A stretch of 62,953 bases of DNA, counting the filler. It is 5 parts of 5 records of this genome, joined end to end, with 100 filler letters (N's around TTAATTAATTAA, not from the genome) between each part and the next. Parts side by side here need not be neighbours in the genome. Positions count along the whole stretch, not along the records: positions 48,979 to 58,533 come from SRR20825010_2093; positions 58,634 to 62,953 come from SRR20825010_2097; 3 more parts are not named here. One strand, written 5' to 3'. The translations under genes were made by a program, and so were the position numbers. Of the stretch, positions 49,059 through 58,908 are shown piece by piece (within the stretch, counting starts at the first letter, position 1; each line of letters begins with the position of its first letter). The notes under the pieces were generated by a model that saw nothing but the letters and a program-made list of their open reading frames with translations, searched no databases and was not told the DNA's origin.

Positions 49059-50033
49059 TTATTGCCGTTTGGCGTGGAGGCCAAGCGTGGCAAGTTGGTC
49101 CTGCAGCGAGCCTTCGCCTGCCAGATGCCCTGCGCCAACCGCGATAAAGGCTGTGCCCGCGCCGTCCATCAATTTCTTGATATCCTGTGCCCAGCTTTTG
49201 TTGCGGTCATCAAGGAGCAGCGTTTTGAGGCCAGCTTGCCCAACCATGGCGCCGTTGAGTTTTTCGCCAAGCGCCTCAACCCGACCAGCCTGCCAGTCTA
49301 AAGTGACCTCATCCAGAAGGTCGGGGTCTTCAATCATTTGCCGTAGGCCAGATTCGAAGAAAGCCAGTTCGTCTGCCATGCTCATGCCACCAAACAGGCT
49401 GATCTGCTGTTCCATGGTTTCAAAATAGCGCAGGTCTTTGCCAATAACCTTGGCTTCGCGCCACAGGATCTTGTCAACACCCGCTTCAGGATCACCGCCG
49501 CGCGACTGCACCTGCAGCGCACCAAGCGTAACACCCGCGAGCCAGGGGCGATAGACCGCAAACTGCTGTTTGATGGTCTCGGGCAAGCCCAGTGTTTTAA
49601 TGGTGGTGTTGAGGTCAACCGACCCCTGTGCGCTCAGCCGGGTAAGGAAGGACGTACCCGTATGATTGACGCCGTATTTGGCGATGAGCGGTTTCATTAC
49701 TGTTTCATCGGCCTCCACCACTGGTGCTTCGCTATAGAAGATATCTGCACCCAGAAAGGCTTGGTCGATCGCCTCATTGCGCCACTTCAGGGTGGGGTTG
49801 AGGATGTGAACGGTGCCAAAAAGCCAGATCTCGCTATCCTCGTCAGCGAGTTTCCAGAGGCCGGGGTTTGGGGCGACATCATTGGCCTCAGCGCGGCCCA
49901 TGCCCATAAGGATAGCCGCAAAGCCAAGCACCAAAATCAAGCTGCTCAATAGCATACTGCGTGCGGTTTTCTGTTTCGCACGGGAGATTACTCTCGCTTT
50001 TGCGAGCGCTTTGGTGGGCTTGGCTGTCGTCAT
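49059..50033 (-). CDS. TraB/GumN family protein (exported)
   Basis: LWKLADEDSEIWLFGTVH, RPWLA, ETMEQQ, DRNKSW, FIAVGAGHLAG. Start uncertain. Confidence 0.88.
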   Translation of the reverse strand: MTTAKPTKALAKARVISRAKQKTARSMLLSSLILVLGFAAILMGMGRAEANDVAPNPGLWKLADEDSEIWLFGTVHILNPTLKWRNEAIDQAFLGADIFYSEAPVVEADETVMKPLIAKYGVNHTGTSFLTRLSAQGSVDLNTTIKTLGLPETIKQQFAVYRPWLAGVTLGALQVQSRGGDPEAGVDKILWREAKVIGKDLRYFETMEQQISLFGGMSMADELAFFESGLRQMIEDPDLLDEVTLDWQAGRVEALGEKLNGAMVGQAGLKTLLLDDRNKSWAQDIKKLMDGAGTAFIAVGAGHLAGEGSLQDQLATLGLHAKRQ

Positions 50034-50146
50034 TATACAGGCATCCTGATGCTGTTTTCTTTCACCATAAGGTGGTGGCAGAACATGGCCAAATCAAGGA
50101 AAGGTGATGGTGGTGAGGCTAGTGTTGGTGAGGCCCAGCAGGATGC

Positions 50147-51886
50147 TTAGCTGATCTGATCCTTGAGCGCGCGCACGCAGGCCATGGCAATCTCTGCCTG
50201 CAACCGGGTCTGGGTCATATTGCTGTCTTTGCTGGCTTCCGCGAGGCGCAGAAGCGCTTGTTCCAGAAGCTCTATCGTGGCTGCGGCTTCCGCATTGCCT
50301 TTGAGCTTGGTTTTTGCCTCTCGTGCCTCAGGCGTGTGAGTGGGCTGCGGGAAAGCTTCGTCCTGCTCTGCGCCGCGACCAAAGCGGGCAATTTCCTCAC
50401 TTGGACTCATTGGCGCGCCCAAGGTTTCGGAAACCACGTTGCGTACCATCGCGGCAGCCATGCTGGTGATGGCAGTGTTAGCCGCTGGTGCTTTCGCATT
50501 GTCGGGCGTAGTATCGCGCGCGGCCGTAACAGCATCAGGGCGTTTTTCGTCGTGCTTGCCGGTTTTCTCGTCAGCCAGCTCTTCTGTGCGGGTGCGGGTT
50601 TCATTCTTCCATGCTTTTTCAAGCAGGCGTGCCTGCATCACATCGGGCCGTTCTGCCGCCGATGCGCGTGTGCGCCGTGGCTGTGGTGCGGGGTCGTCCA
50701 GAAATAGCGGCTCGTCGTCCTCCGCCGGGGCATCCAAATGGTCGACTGCGGGCTTAACCGGGGTCAGCACACCCTCATAGCCTTCAAACACACCGCCGCA
50801 TGGGCTGAAGACCGGCTCTGCCTCAAGGGTCCAGTGCTGGTGATTGTGGCCGAGGTCAGGCAAATGTATTGGCGCGTCATGAATGGTGCTGCGGCGCTGG
50901 AACGCGCGGCTCACTGGATGCCCAAGTTTGGTGTTGAGGCCAAGCAGGTCCAGCATGCCCATGCCAAGGGCTGCATCCACGCTGCCTAGCAATTGGCAGC
51001 CTTGCGGGGAAACACCTGTAATCAGGCCGTCCCGGTCACTGCGCCACGCCCAGCCGCCGGGGCCAGGGTCCTTGAGGGACGGAGTTTCTTCAGCATGTTC
51101 ATCAGGCGCGGTTGCCGCTTGCGGTACAGGCTCAACTGCTTCGGCCTTTTCAGGTGCCGGATCAACGGCCTCTTTGGGCTCAGGTGTATCAGGTTCGTCG
51201 TTCGCAGCTTCCACCATGCGGGTGTTGGAGGCTGCAGTTGACTGAGTTACGCGCTCCGCGATCAGGTCTTCATCAGTGCGCAGTATCCTGAGGCTCGCGG
51301 TTTTTTCGGGCCGCAGCGCTGTGACCGTTGCGCTGCCTGCGTGGTCGCCCTGAGCGCCAAGATCATCGCGCCACAGAGCCAGTGTTGAGCGGCTGTCAAA
51401 CGGCGGCGCGGCAGGGGCAGCCCGGGCAAGCGCAATCCATACATTGGCGGAAAGATCGCCTCGGGTTGCAAGCGCCTGATGGTGCTCGCGCCCCGTCTCG
51501 CGGATTAAATCAATAATATCGTCTTCGTCAAAGGGAGCGTTTTGAAGAAGAGCTTCGCACAGGCTGGCCCTATCTCGGCAGATACGCAAGACAAGGTCCA
51601 TCGGCGGAGTGGTCTGGCTGGCAAGCAGGTCGCTGACAGTACGGCGGCTTTCGCTGTCTACATGCGGCAACAGGGCTTCAATCACATCAAGAAGCTGGCC
51701 GCGTGTCGGTTCGCGCATCGGGGCTTTGCCGGTGAGGAAAAGGTCAACAAGGTTGCGGAATAAAGTCGTGCGGTCTTCGCCGTCGCGCTCACGCGCGTAG
51801 GCAACCAACTCCCTGATACGACTGTCCAGCGCGTTCATGTCAAACGCTGACGCTTTACCCACTTTTGCACCCACTTCAACTGTCAC
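50147..51886 (-). CDS. Hypothetical protein: DUF2336-like N-terminus, PAS-like middle, low-complexity linkers
   Basis: LFRNLVDLFL...HQALATRGDLS; WAWRSDRDGLITGVS...PVFSPCGGVFEGYEG. Confidence 0.6.
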   Translation of the reverse strand: MTVEVGAKVGKASAFDMNALDSRIRELVAYARERDGEDRTTLFRNLVDLFLTGKAPMREPTRGQLLDVIEALLPHVDSESRRTVSDLLASQTTPPMDLVLRICRDRASLCEALLQNAPFDEDDIIDLIRETGREHHQALATRGDLSANVWIALARAAPAAPPFDSRSTLALWRDDLGAQGDHAGSATVTALRPEKTASLRILRTDEDLIAERVTQSTAASNTRMVEAANDEPDTPEPKEAVDPAPEKAEAVEPVPQAATAPDEHAEETPSLKDPGPGGWAWRSDRDGLITGVSPQGCQLLGSVDAALGMGMLDLLGLNTKLGHPVSRAFQRRSTIHDAPIHLPDLGHNHQHWTLEAEPVFSPCGGVFEGYEGVLTPVKPAVDHLDAPAEDDEPLFLDDPAPQPRRTRASAAERPDVMQARLLEKAWKNETRTRTEELADEKTGKHDEKRPDAVTAARDTTPDNAKAPAANTAITSMAAAMVRNVVSETLGAPMSPSEEIARFGRGAEQDEAFPQPTHTPEAREAKTKLKGNAEAAATIELLEQALLRLAEASKDSNMTQTRLQAEIAMACVRALKDQIS

Positions 51887-52130
51887 ACATCACAACTCTT
51901 GCCGGTGATGCGGTGGCCGTCCCGCCTGGATTTTACCCGCGAATTTTATTTTTAAGTGGGGTGAAGATAGCTCCCGAATCACCCTGCGGGCTTATACTAC
52001 TCAATTTGAATCGCGATACCAGCAATGATTAAAGTTAGAAATATAATTGTTTGAATTTGGAACTTTATTTCCGAAACACCCTTCTGTAGTATGCATTTCG
52101 GGCGGGGAGTTTATTCAAGGAGTTATTCTG

Positions 52131-52610
52131 ATGGGGCGTGTCAAACTTGATGCCGTCGACCGCAAAATCTTGTCGTGCCTTCAGGCTGAAGGGCGCATTA
52201 CCAACGTGGAACTTGCGGAACGTGTTGGCATAACTGCACCGCCTTGTCTCAGACGTGTACGCGCGCTTGAGGAAGAAGGGTACATCAAAGGCTATCATGC
52301 GGACCTGGATCAGGAAGCGCTTGGTTATGGCCTTACTGTCTTCGCCATGGTCGGGCTTCACAGTCAGGCCGAACATGACCTGCAGAAATTTGAACACCAA
52401 TGCCATAACTGGCCGATGGTGCGTGAATGTTTCATGCTGAACGGTGAGATTGATTTCATTCTCAAGATCGTTGCGCGTGATCTGGCAGCCTTCCAGCATT
52501 TCCTGACGGGCGAGCTGACACCTTCACCCAATGTGGCCAGCGTGAAAACATCGCTGACAATCCGCACCAGCAAACACACGCCGGGTGTACCACTTCCTGA
52601 AGTGGGATAA
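52131..52610 (+). CDS. Lrp/AsnC family transcriptional regulator
   Basis: LDAVDRKIL, ITNVELAERVGITAPPCLRRVRALE, GEIDFILK. Confidence 0.93.
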   Translation: MGRVKLDAVDRKILSCLQAEGRITNVELAERVGITAPPCLRRVRALEEEGYIKGYHADLDQEALGYGLTVFAMVGLHSQAEHDLQKFEHQCHNWPMVRECFMLNGEIDFILKIVARDLAAFQHFLTGELTPSPNVASVKTSLTIRTSKHTPGVPLPEVG

Positions 52611-52644
52611 GCGGACCAGCGTGGTCAAATAACAGATCTGTATC

Positions 52645-52671
52645 AAAGCCTGCCTTACCCGCAGGCTTTTT
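52645..52671. terminator. Bidirectional terminator
   Basis: AAAGCCTGC-CTTACCC-GCAGGCTTTTT between convergent genes. Confidence 0.75.
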
Positions 52672-52701
52672 CATGCTGGTAGAGAGGGTAGCCGAGAGCC
52701 C

Positions 52702-53385
52702 TCAGGCGTAAGCTACCCAGCCCCGGAAGGTGAAGCCGGTATAAAATATCTCGACACCTGAAAAGCCAGCACTACGGAGAAGATCTTCTTCCTCCGCCGG
52801 GCTCAGGAGATTGAGGTGCGTCTCAATAGCCGAGCGCATGGTTTCCACTTTTTCAGTATCTGCGCCGGAACCGAGCGCAAAGGCAGCGTAGCGCCCGAGC
52901 CAACGCACACGGCTTTCATCCTGCGGGAAGCTCGAATGTGCGGCGATGAAAGGTGCACCTGGTTTGAGGCGGCTCTTAATTTCGCGGAGCGTTTGCAGGC
53001 GGTCTTCAGTTGACAGGAAGTGCAGCACGAGCATGCAGGTGGCCGCGTCAAACGGCTCGTCTTGCGGCGCGGCGTCAATGTAACCCTCAATCAGGCGTGC
53101 GCGCGGTGCATGCTCGCCCATAATATCGCTCGCCAGCGCCAGCATTTGCGGGGCCGGGTCAACACCGGTGAATGTCCAGCCAGAATAGGCGTCAGCAAAG
53201 GCCTTCATTTCCATGCCGCCGCCCGCGCCCACCACCAACACATGGGCGTCTCTTGGTGCGTGTTCCGCTAGCAGGATACCAGTCATGCGGTGTAATCCCG
53301 CTAGGCCGGGCACGAACTTTGGCGGGCCTTCGACATATTTCCGAACGGCTTCAGGGTCTGAAAACGGCGTGAGTAATTCGCTCAT
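52702..53385 (-). CDS. Class I SAM-dependent methyltransferase (CmoA-like fold)
   Basis: VLVVGAGGGME, GVDPAPQML, FDAATCMLVLHF, LKPGA. Confidence 0.87.
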   Translation of the reverse strand: MSELLTPFSDPEAVRKYVEGPPKFVPGLAGLHRMTGILLAEHAPRDAHVLVVGAGGGMEMKAFADAYSGWTFTGVDPAPQMLALASDIMGEHAPRARLIEGYIDAAPQDEPFDAATCMLVLHFLSTEDRLQTLREIKSRLKPGAPFIAAHSSFPQDESRVRWLGRYAAFALGSGADTEKVETMRSAIETHLNLLSPAEEEDLLRSAGFSGVEIFYTGFTFRGWVAYA

Positions 53386-53412
53386 GGTTGGGCTCCGGGG
53401 GTGTTGAAATGA

Positions 53413-53874
53413 TCAGGAAGTGTGGGCCGTGCTGCTGTGGTGGTTTTGGTGATTTTTAAAACGAGCATGGAAGTCGGCGCTTAGGCTCGCGAGAGTAACT
53501 TCGCCAAAGCGTTTGAGCAGCAAAGCCTCGGCTTCCTCAAAGGTTTCGCCAAGGGCGGCGTTAACTGCTTGTTCCACAAGGCAGCCGGGGCTTTCCGTGC
53601 GGTTGCCGATGGCCAGAAGGGCAGGGCTGTTGAGCGCTGTGTATATGTCGTGCAGTGTGATGTCTTCAAGCGGGCGGCTGATCGACCATCCGCCGCCGTG
53701 CCCTTTCTCTGAGCTGACGTAGCCTGCGCGTTTGAGCCCCGCCATGATGCGCCGGATAACAACCGGGTTTGTACACATGGCTTTTGCGAGCATTTCGGAT
53801 GTGGTTGGTCTGTCATGCTCTGCCATATGCAGAAGAACGTGGAGGATGCCGGAAAGTTTGCTGTCTCTTTTCAT
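53413..53874 (-). CDS. Rrf2 family transcriptional regulator
   Basis: LHVLLHM, TSEMLA, TNPVVIRR, KGHGGGW, PGCLVEQAV. Confidence 0.9.
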   Translation of the reverse strand: MKRDSKLSGILHVLLHMAEHDRPTTSEMLAKAMCTNPVVIRRIMAGLKRAGYVSSEKGHGGGWSISRPLEDITLHDIYTALNSPALLAIGNRTESPGCLVEQAVNAALGETFEEAEALLLKRFGEVTLASLSADFHARFKNHQNHHSSTAHTS

Positions 53875-53910
53875 GTAACTTTATATGTTACGTGATATGA
53901 CAAAGGTCAA
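53875..53910 (-). promoter_or_regulatory. Promoter and GTAAC-N7-GTTAC operator of a probably leaderless Rrf2 gene
   Basis: TTGACC-N17-CATATA-N7-ATG; the palindrome abuts the start codon; no SD. Confidence 0.6.
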
Positions 53911-53929
53911 GTCGAATAATGACGAGGCT

Positions 53930-53968
53930 AATAAAAAAGCCCGCTCAGGGCGAGCGGGCTTTTTTATT
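53930..53968 (-). terminator. Rho-independent terminator of greA
   Basis: AATAAAAAAGCCCGCTC-AGGGC-GAGCGGGCTTTTTTATT. Confidence 0.9.
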
Positions 53969-53996
53969 CATGGTTTAGAGGGGCTTATATGAGAGC

Positions 53997-54470
53997 TTAT
54001 TTGAACTCGAGCTTGAGGATTTCATAATAGCGCTCACCACCCGGGGTTTTCACCTCAACCTCGGCCCCTACGTTTCGGCCGATCAGGGCACGCGCGATGG
54101 GAGACTGATATGAGATTTTACCCTTTTTGACGTCGCCTTCATCAGCGCCGACAATCTGGTAAACAACTTCATCGTCGTCTTCGTCGATAAGGGTAACGGT
54201 CGCACCAAAAACAACACGGTCACCGGAAAGAGACGAGGGGTCAATTACCTGAGCGCGGGAGAGCTTGCCTTCAAGTTCCATAATGCGGCCTTCGATATGA
54301 CCCTGCCGCTCTTTCGCAGCATGATATTCAGCGTTCTCGGACAGATCGCCGTGCGCGCGCGCTTCTTCGATGGCAGCTACCACAGAGGGGCGTTCGACAG
54401 ATTTCAGGTTCTTGAGTTCTGCAGCCAGACGGTCATAACCGTCCTGAAGCATGGGGACTTTTTCGTTCAT
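53997..54470 (-). CDS. greA: Transcription elongation factor GreA
   Basis: [38 protein letters not shown]. Confidence 0.97.
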   Translation of the reverse strand: MNEKVPMLQDGYDRLAAELKNLKSVERPSVVAAIEEARAHGDLSENAEYHAAKERQGHIEGRIMELEGKLSRAQVIDPSSLSGDRVVFGATVTLIDEDDDEVVYQIVGADEGDVKKGKISYQSPIARALIGRNVGAEVEVKTPGGERYYEILKLEFK

Positions 54471-54761
54471 GTATCCCGTCCATTTTCATTCTTATTGAGC
54501 GCGGCATTTCTCGGAAACCGATCAAAGGCCCCGATGGCCGCACTTATACAAAACAGGAGCGCCGACCCAAGAGGGCCGGCGCACCTAAACCTACTTAACC
54601 ATGAATTTCATTTTTTTCAAGCCTGATTCGACGCGAAGCCTCTTAGGCATAGCCCATTTGGGTCATGTGGACGTTGGCGCGCTCGCGTAAATCACCCTTT
54701 AGGAACGGCGATACCGGGGGCGGTAAAAACGTCAATCAATATTTTGGATGGAGCAAGGCCA

Positions 54762-55838
54762 ATGTCAGATGATGGTTTGTGTGATATTAAAATCTCGGAT
54801 TTTAAGGGTATTTTTGATTTAGCGTATCAGATAATCGGGTCCTACGAGTTTAGCTGGGACGAACTTCTGGAAAGGCTCTTAACTTTCCCACTTGATGACG
54901 CCACCAAGGATACGCTGAGGGAAAGTATTGAGATCATCAAGGACAACCCTGATGTTATCGACCTCAGCAAAGAGAAGGTGGACGAGTATTTTGCCGAGTA
55001 TGGCGACATCACCCTTTGTGAGCTTTCCGAAAATCTCGGTGGTGACACCGGCGGTTCCGGCGGCGGCACTGGTGGTACGGGCGGGGGCACGATAACTGAT
55101 CTGGTGCCGGGTAACCCGCTGTTTGATGCCATCCAGAAGGGTGCAAACGGTAACGACCAGCTGTTTGGCGACGCGATTAACGACCGCATTCAAGGGCTGG
55201 CAGGCGATGACACTATCGCAGGTGGTGCCGGCTCAGATGTACTGTTTGGCAAACTGGGCGACGACATCATATATGCCGACGACTTCGAATCCGCGCTTGC
55301 GGCTGTTGTGGGCGTTGTCAACAAACTGTGGGGTGGTGCGGGCAACGATTCCCTTTATGGCGGTGGCTCGTCTGATGTGCTGGGCGGCGGCGCTGGTGAT
55401 GATTATGTAGAAGGCGGCGCTGGTGATGACACTCTGTTTGCCCGTGACGGTGCCGACGAGATGGACGGCGGGGCAGGCGACGACCTGATGTTCGGAGGTG
55501 CTGGTGACGACTTCATGGAAGCACGCGACGGTGACGATACGCTGTGGGGCGGTGCCGGTAACGACAATATGGACGGTGGTGCCGGTGCCGATACCTTCGG
55601 CTTCAACGGAAATTCTGGTGACGATGAGGTTTGGAGCTTCAACGTAGACGAAGACGCGCTCGATCTCTCCGGTGCCGTGTATGACTTTATCGACATGACT
55701 GATGTGGCTGCACGTTCGAGCACAACCACAAACGCGCAGAATGTGTCTGGTGTGATGATTGACCTTGGTGGGGGTAACAGCGTGTGGCTTGCCCAGGTCG
55801 ACTACAGCGATATCTCCAACGTGAGTGTCGTTTTCTAA
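54762..55838 (+). CDS. RTX/hemolysin-type calcium-binding repeat protein
   Basis: Multiple GGxGxDxL nonapeptides, a Gly-rich linker and an acidic N-terminal domain; no Sec signal. Confidence 0.85.
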   Translation: MSDDGLCDIKISDFKGIFDLAYQIIGSYEFSWDELLERLLTFPLDDATKDTLRESIEIIKDNPDVIDLSKEKVDEYFAEYGDITLCELSENLGGDTGGSGGGTGGTGGGTITDLVPGNPLFDAIQKGANGNDQLFGDAINDRIQGLAGDDTIAGGAGSDVLFGKLGDDIIYADDFESALAAVVGVVNKLWGGAGNDSLYGGGSSDVLGGGAGDDYVEGGAGDDTLFARDGADEMDGGAGDDLMFGGAGDDFMEARDGDDTLWGGAGNDNMDGGAGADTFGFNGNSGDDEVWSFNVDEDALDLSGAVYDFIDMTDVAARSSTTTNAQNVSGVMIDLGGGNSVWLAQVDYSDISNVSVVF

Positions 55839-55866
55839 GCAAAGGCAAACTATGGCCCAGCCTTTA

Positions 55867-55940
55867 ACACCGCCGCGCTTGCGGCGGTGTTTTTTGTGGT
55901 GGGAAATAATAAAGCCCCGGCGCAATGTCCGGGGCTTTTG
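55867..55940. terminator. Paired terminators between the convergent RTX gene and carB
   Basis: AACACCGCCGC-GCTT-GCGGCGGTGTTTTTT and AAAGCCCCGG-N8-CCGGGGCTTT. Confidence 0.8.
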
Positions 55941-55961
55941 TATGTTGGGCTTAGTTTTGCC

Positions 55962-58533
55962 TTAGGCGGCGAAGTCCTGCAGGGGTTTTACGTCCAGTTT
56001 CTTTTCACGAAGGGCTTTGAGCGCCTGAACTGCCGCCGCCGCCGCTGCCATCGTGGTGAAATATGGCAGTTTCATCAGAAGGGCGGTGTTCCTGAGCGCA
56101 TAGCTGTCCTTGATGGCCTGTTTGCCCTCGGTGGTGTTGAACATGAGCTGAATTTCACCGTTCTTCATGATATCTAACACATGCGGGCGCTGGCCATCTG
56201 TGACCTTGAACACGCGTTTCACTTCATGCCCGTTGGCTTTCAGATAATCCGCCGTGCCGCCCGTGGCCACAACCTCATAGCCCATGGCCAGCAGGTCTTT
56301 CACAAGCGCCACAAGCGCGTATTTGTCGCTGTCTTTCACCGAGACGAAGACCTGGCCTTTTTCCGGCAGCTTCACACCTGCCGCAAGCTGGGACTTGTAG
56401 AACGCCATGGCGAAGTTGGCGTCGATGCCCATGACCTCACCGGTTGATTTCATCTCTGGCCCGAGAAGCACGTCAACACCGGGGAAGCGCGCCCACGGGA
56501 TTACCACTTCCTTCACCGCCACATGCTCGGTGATCGGGTCTTTAAGTTCAAACTCTGTCAGCTTGGCACCGGCCATCACTTGCGCCGCAATCGCCGCAAC
56601 CGGGTAACCAACGGCCTTGGCCACAAAAGGCACTGTGCGGCTGGCGCGCGGGTTTACCTCAATCAGGTAAACGTCGCCGTCCTTCACCGCGAACTGAACG
56701 TTCATCAAGCCTACAACATTCAGCGCTTTTGCGAGCGCCTTTGCCTGACGTTTCACCTCGTTCACGATACCGACGGGCAGACTGTATGGTGGGAGGGAGC
56801 AAGCGCTGTCACCTGAGTGGATGCCAGCTTCCTCGATATGTTCCATGATGCCTGCAATATGGATGTTTTCACCGTCCGACAGGGCGTCCACGTCTACCTC
56901 GATGGCGTCACGCAGGAAACCGTCGATCAGCACAGGGCTGTCGCCAGATACTTGCACCGCTTCATTGATGTAACGGTCAAGGCCCTCCTGGTCATGCACA
57001 ATCTCCATTGCGCGGCCACCCAGCACATAACTTGGGCGAATAAGCACAGGGTAGCCAACACGGTCGGCAACCTTGATGGCTTCTTCATGGCTGCGCGCAA
57101 GGCCGTTTTCAGGCTGCTTGAGGCCAAGGCGTACAACCAGATCCTGGAACCGTTCACGATCTTCCGCGAGGTCGATGGCGTCAGGGCTTGTGCCAAGGAT
57201 CGGGATACCTGCGGCTTCAAGTGCGTGCGCAAGCTTGAGTGGGGTTTGCCCACCAAACTGCACGATCACACCTTTAACGGTGCCGTTTTCCTGTTCCTTG
57301 CGGATGATCTCAATCACATCTTCGGCCGTCAGCGGCTCGAAATATAGCCGGTCTGAGGTGTCATAGTCGGTGGAAACCGTCTCAGGGTTGCAGTTGATCA
57401 TGATGGTCTCATAACCTGCATCCGAGAGGGAGAAACACGCATGACAGCAACAATAATCAAACTCGATGCCCTGGCCGATACGGTTTGGCCCGCCGCCAAG
57501 AATGATGATTTTCTCGCGGTCTGTTGGCATGCTTTCGCACTCAGCGCCTTCACCGTCCGCGAAGGTTTCATAGCTTGAGTACATATATGGCGTGCGGGCA
57601 TCAAATTCCGCCGCGCAGGTATCAATACGCTTGAAGCTTGGGCGCACACCGCTGTCGTGCCGCGCTTTGAAGACCGCCGCTTCCGGCAGGCCAGCAAGCT
57701 GTGCGAGCCGCGCGTCAGAGAAGCCCATCATCTTGAGCTTGCGCAGTTTGCGCGTATCAGACGGCAGGCCGTTTGCGGTAACACCGGCTTCTGCGTCCAC
57801 AATCGATTTGATCTGGCGCAGGAACCAAGGTTCATAATGGGTGATGGCGTTGATATCCTCGAGGCTCATGCCCTCACGCATGGCCTGCGCGATACGGAGG
57901 ATACGGTCAGGCCGCGCCACAGCAAGCTCGCGGCGGATCGCTTTCACGTCACCTGAGCCGGGTTGGTAATTCTTGAATTCAACTTCATTGAGGCCAGTGA
58001 GCCCGGTTTCCATGGAGCGCATGGCCTTTTGCAGGCTTTCCGCAAAGTTACGGCCCACAGCCATGGCTTCACCCACTGATTTCATTGCAGTGGAAAGCAC
58101 GGCTTCGCTGCCCGCGAACTTCTCAAAGGTGAAGCGCGGCACTTTGGTGACCACATAGTCGATGGTGGGTTCAAACGACGCGGGCGTGACGCCGGTGATG
58201 TCGTTATCCAGCTCATCAAGCGTGTAACCAACCGCGAGCTTGGCCGCGACCTTTGCGATCGGGAAGCCGGTTGCCTTGGATGCCAGCGCAGAGGACCGGC
58301 TCACACGTGGGTTCATCTCAATTACGATCAGGCGGCCATTTTCCGGGTTTACGGCGAACTGTACGTTCGAGCCACCGGTTTCAACACCAATCTCGCGCAG
58401 CACGGCAATGCTGGCGTTGCGCATCATCTGGTATTCTTTGTCTGTGAGCGTCAGCGCTGGCGCCACCGTGATGCTGTCGCCGGTGTGTACGCCCATCGGG
58501 TCTACGTTCTCGATGGAGCAGATGATGATGCAG
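55962..58533 (-). CDS. carB: Carbamoyl-phosphate synthase large subunit, 3' part (truncated by gap)
   Basis: [60 protein letters not shown]. Confidence 0.98.
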
Positions 58534-58633
58534 NNNNNNNNNNNNNNNNNNNNNNNNNNNNNNNNNNNNNNNNNNNNTTAATTAATTAANNNNNNNNNNN
58601 NNNNNNNNNNNNNNNNNNNNNNNNNNNNNNNNN
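58534..58633. other. Artificial contig-join spacer
   Basis: N-run with central TTAATTAATTAA. Confidence 0.98.
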
Positions 58634-58687
58634 GAAATCATTCTGCACATCGATCACGATCAGCGCGACATCCGGGCCGGTCTTCAT
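58634..58687 (-). CDS. pncA: Nicotinamidase/isochorismatase-family protein, 5' fragment
   Basis: Manual translation MKTGPDVALIVIDVQNDF after GGAG; only 18 codons visible. Confidence 0.6.
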
Positions 58688-58908
58688 TGCTCTTCTCCGT
58701 TATTGAAATGCGGGATTGGACGTGGATTCACCAGCATATTTATGAGGCTTCCTTGCGCCGGAGGAAACCTGCTGTTGGACCGCCGTGATGGTGTTTGTGC
58801 CCACCGGGCGGAAACAGGGCAGGCATTCTTTCGCAATCCGCTCGATTAGCGGCGTGTTTTCAAGGTTATAGATGAAGCGGAAGCCGTTCGCATTTGGAGA
58901 GTATTGTG

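Noticed and set aside
49059..50033. TraB as evidence of conjugation or a plasmid
   Set aside because: TraB/GumN family proteins are ordinary chromosomal exported proteins, and no transfer genes are present.
55040..55620. Tandem GGT/GGC-rich DNA repeats that could be read as CRISPR or VNTR
   Set aside because: They are explained by RTX nonapeptide coding repeats; there are no identical repeats with unique spacers.
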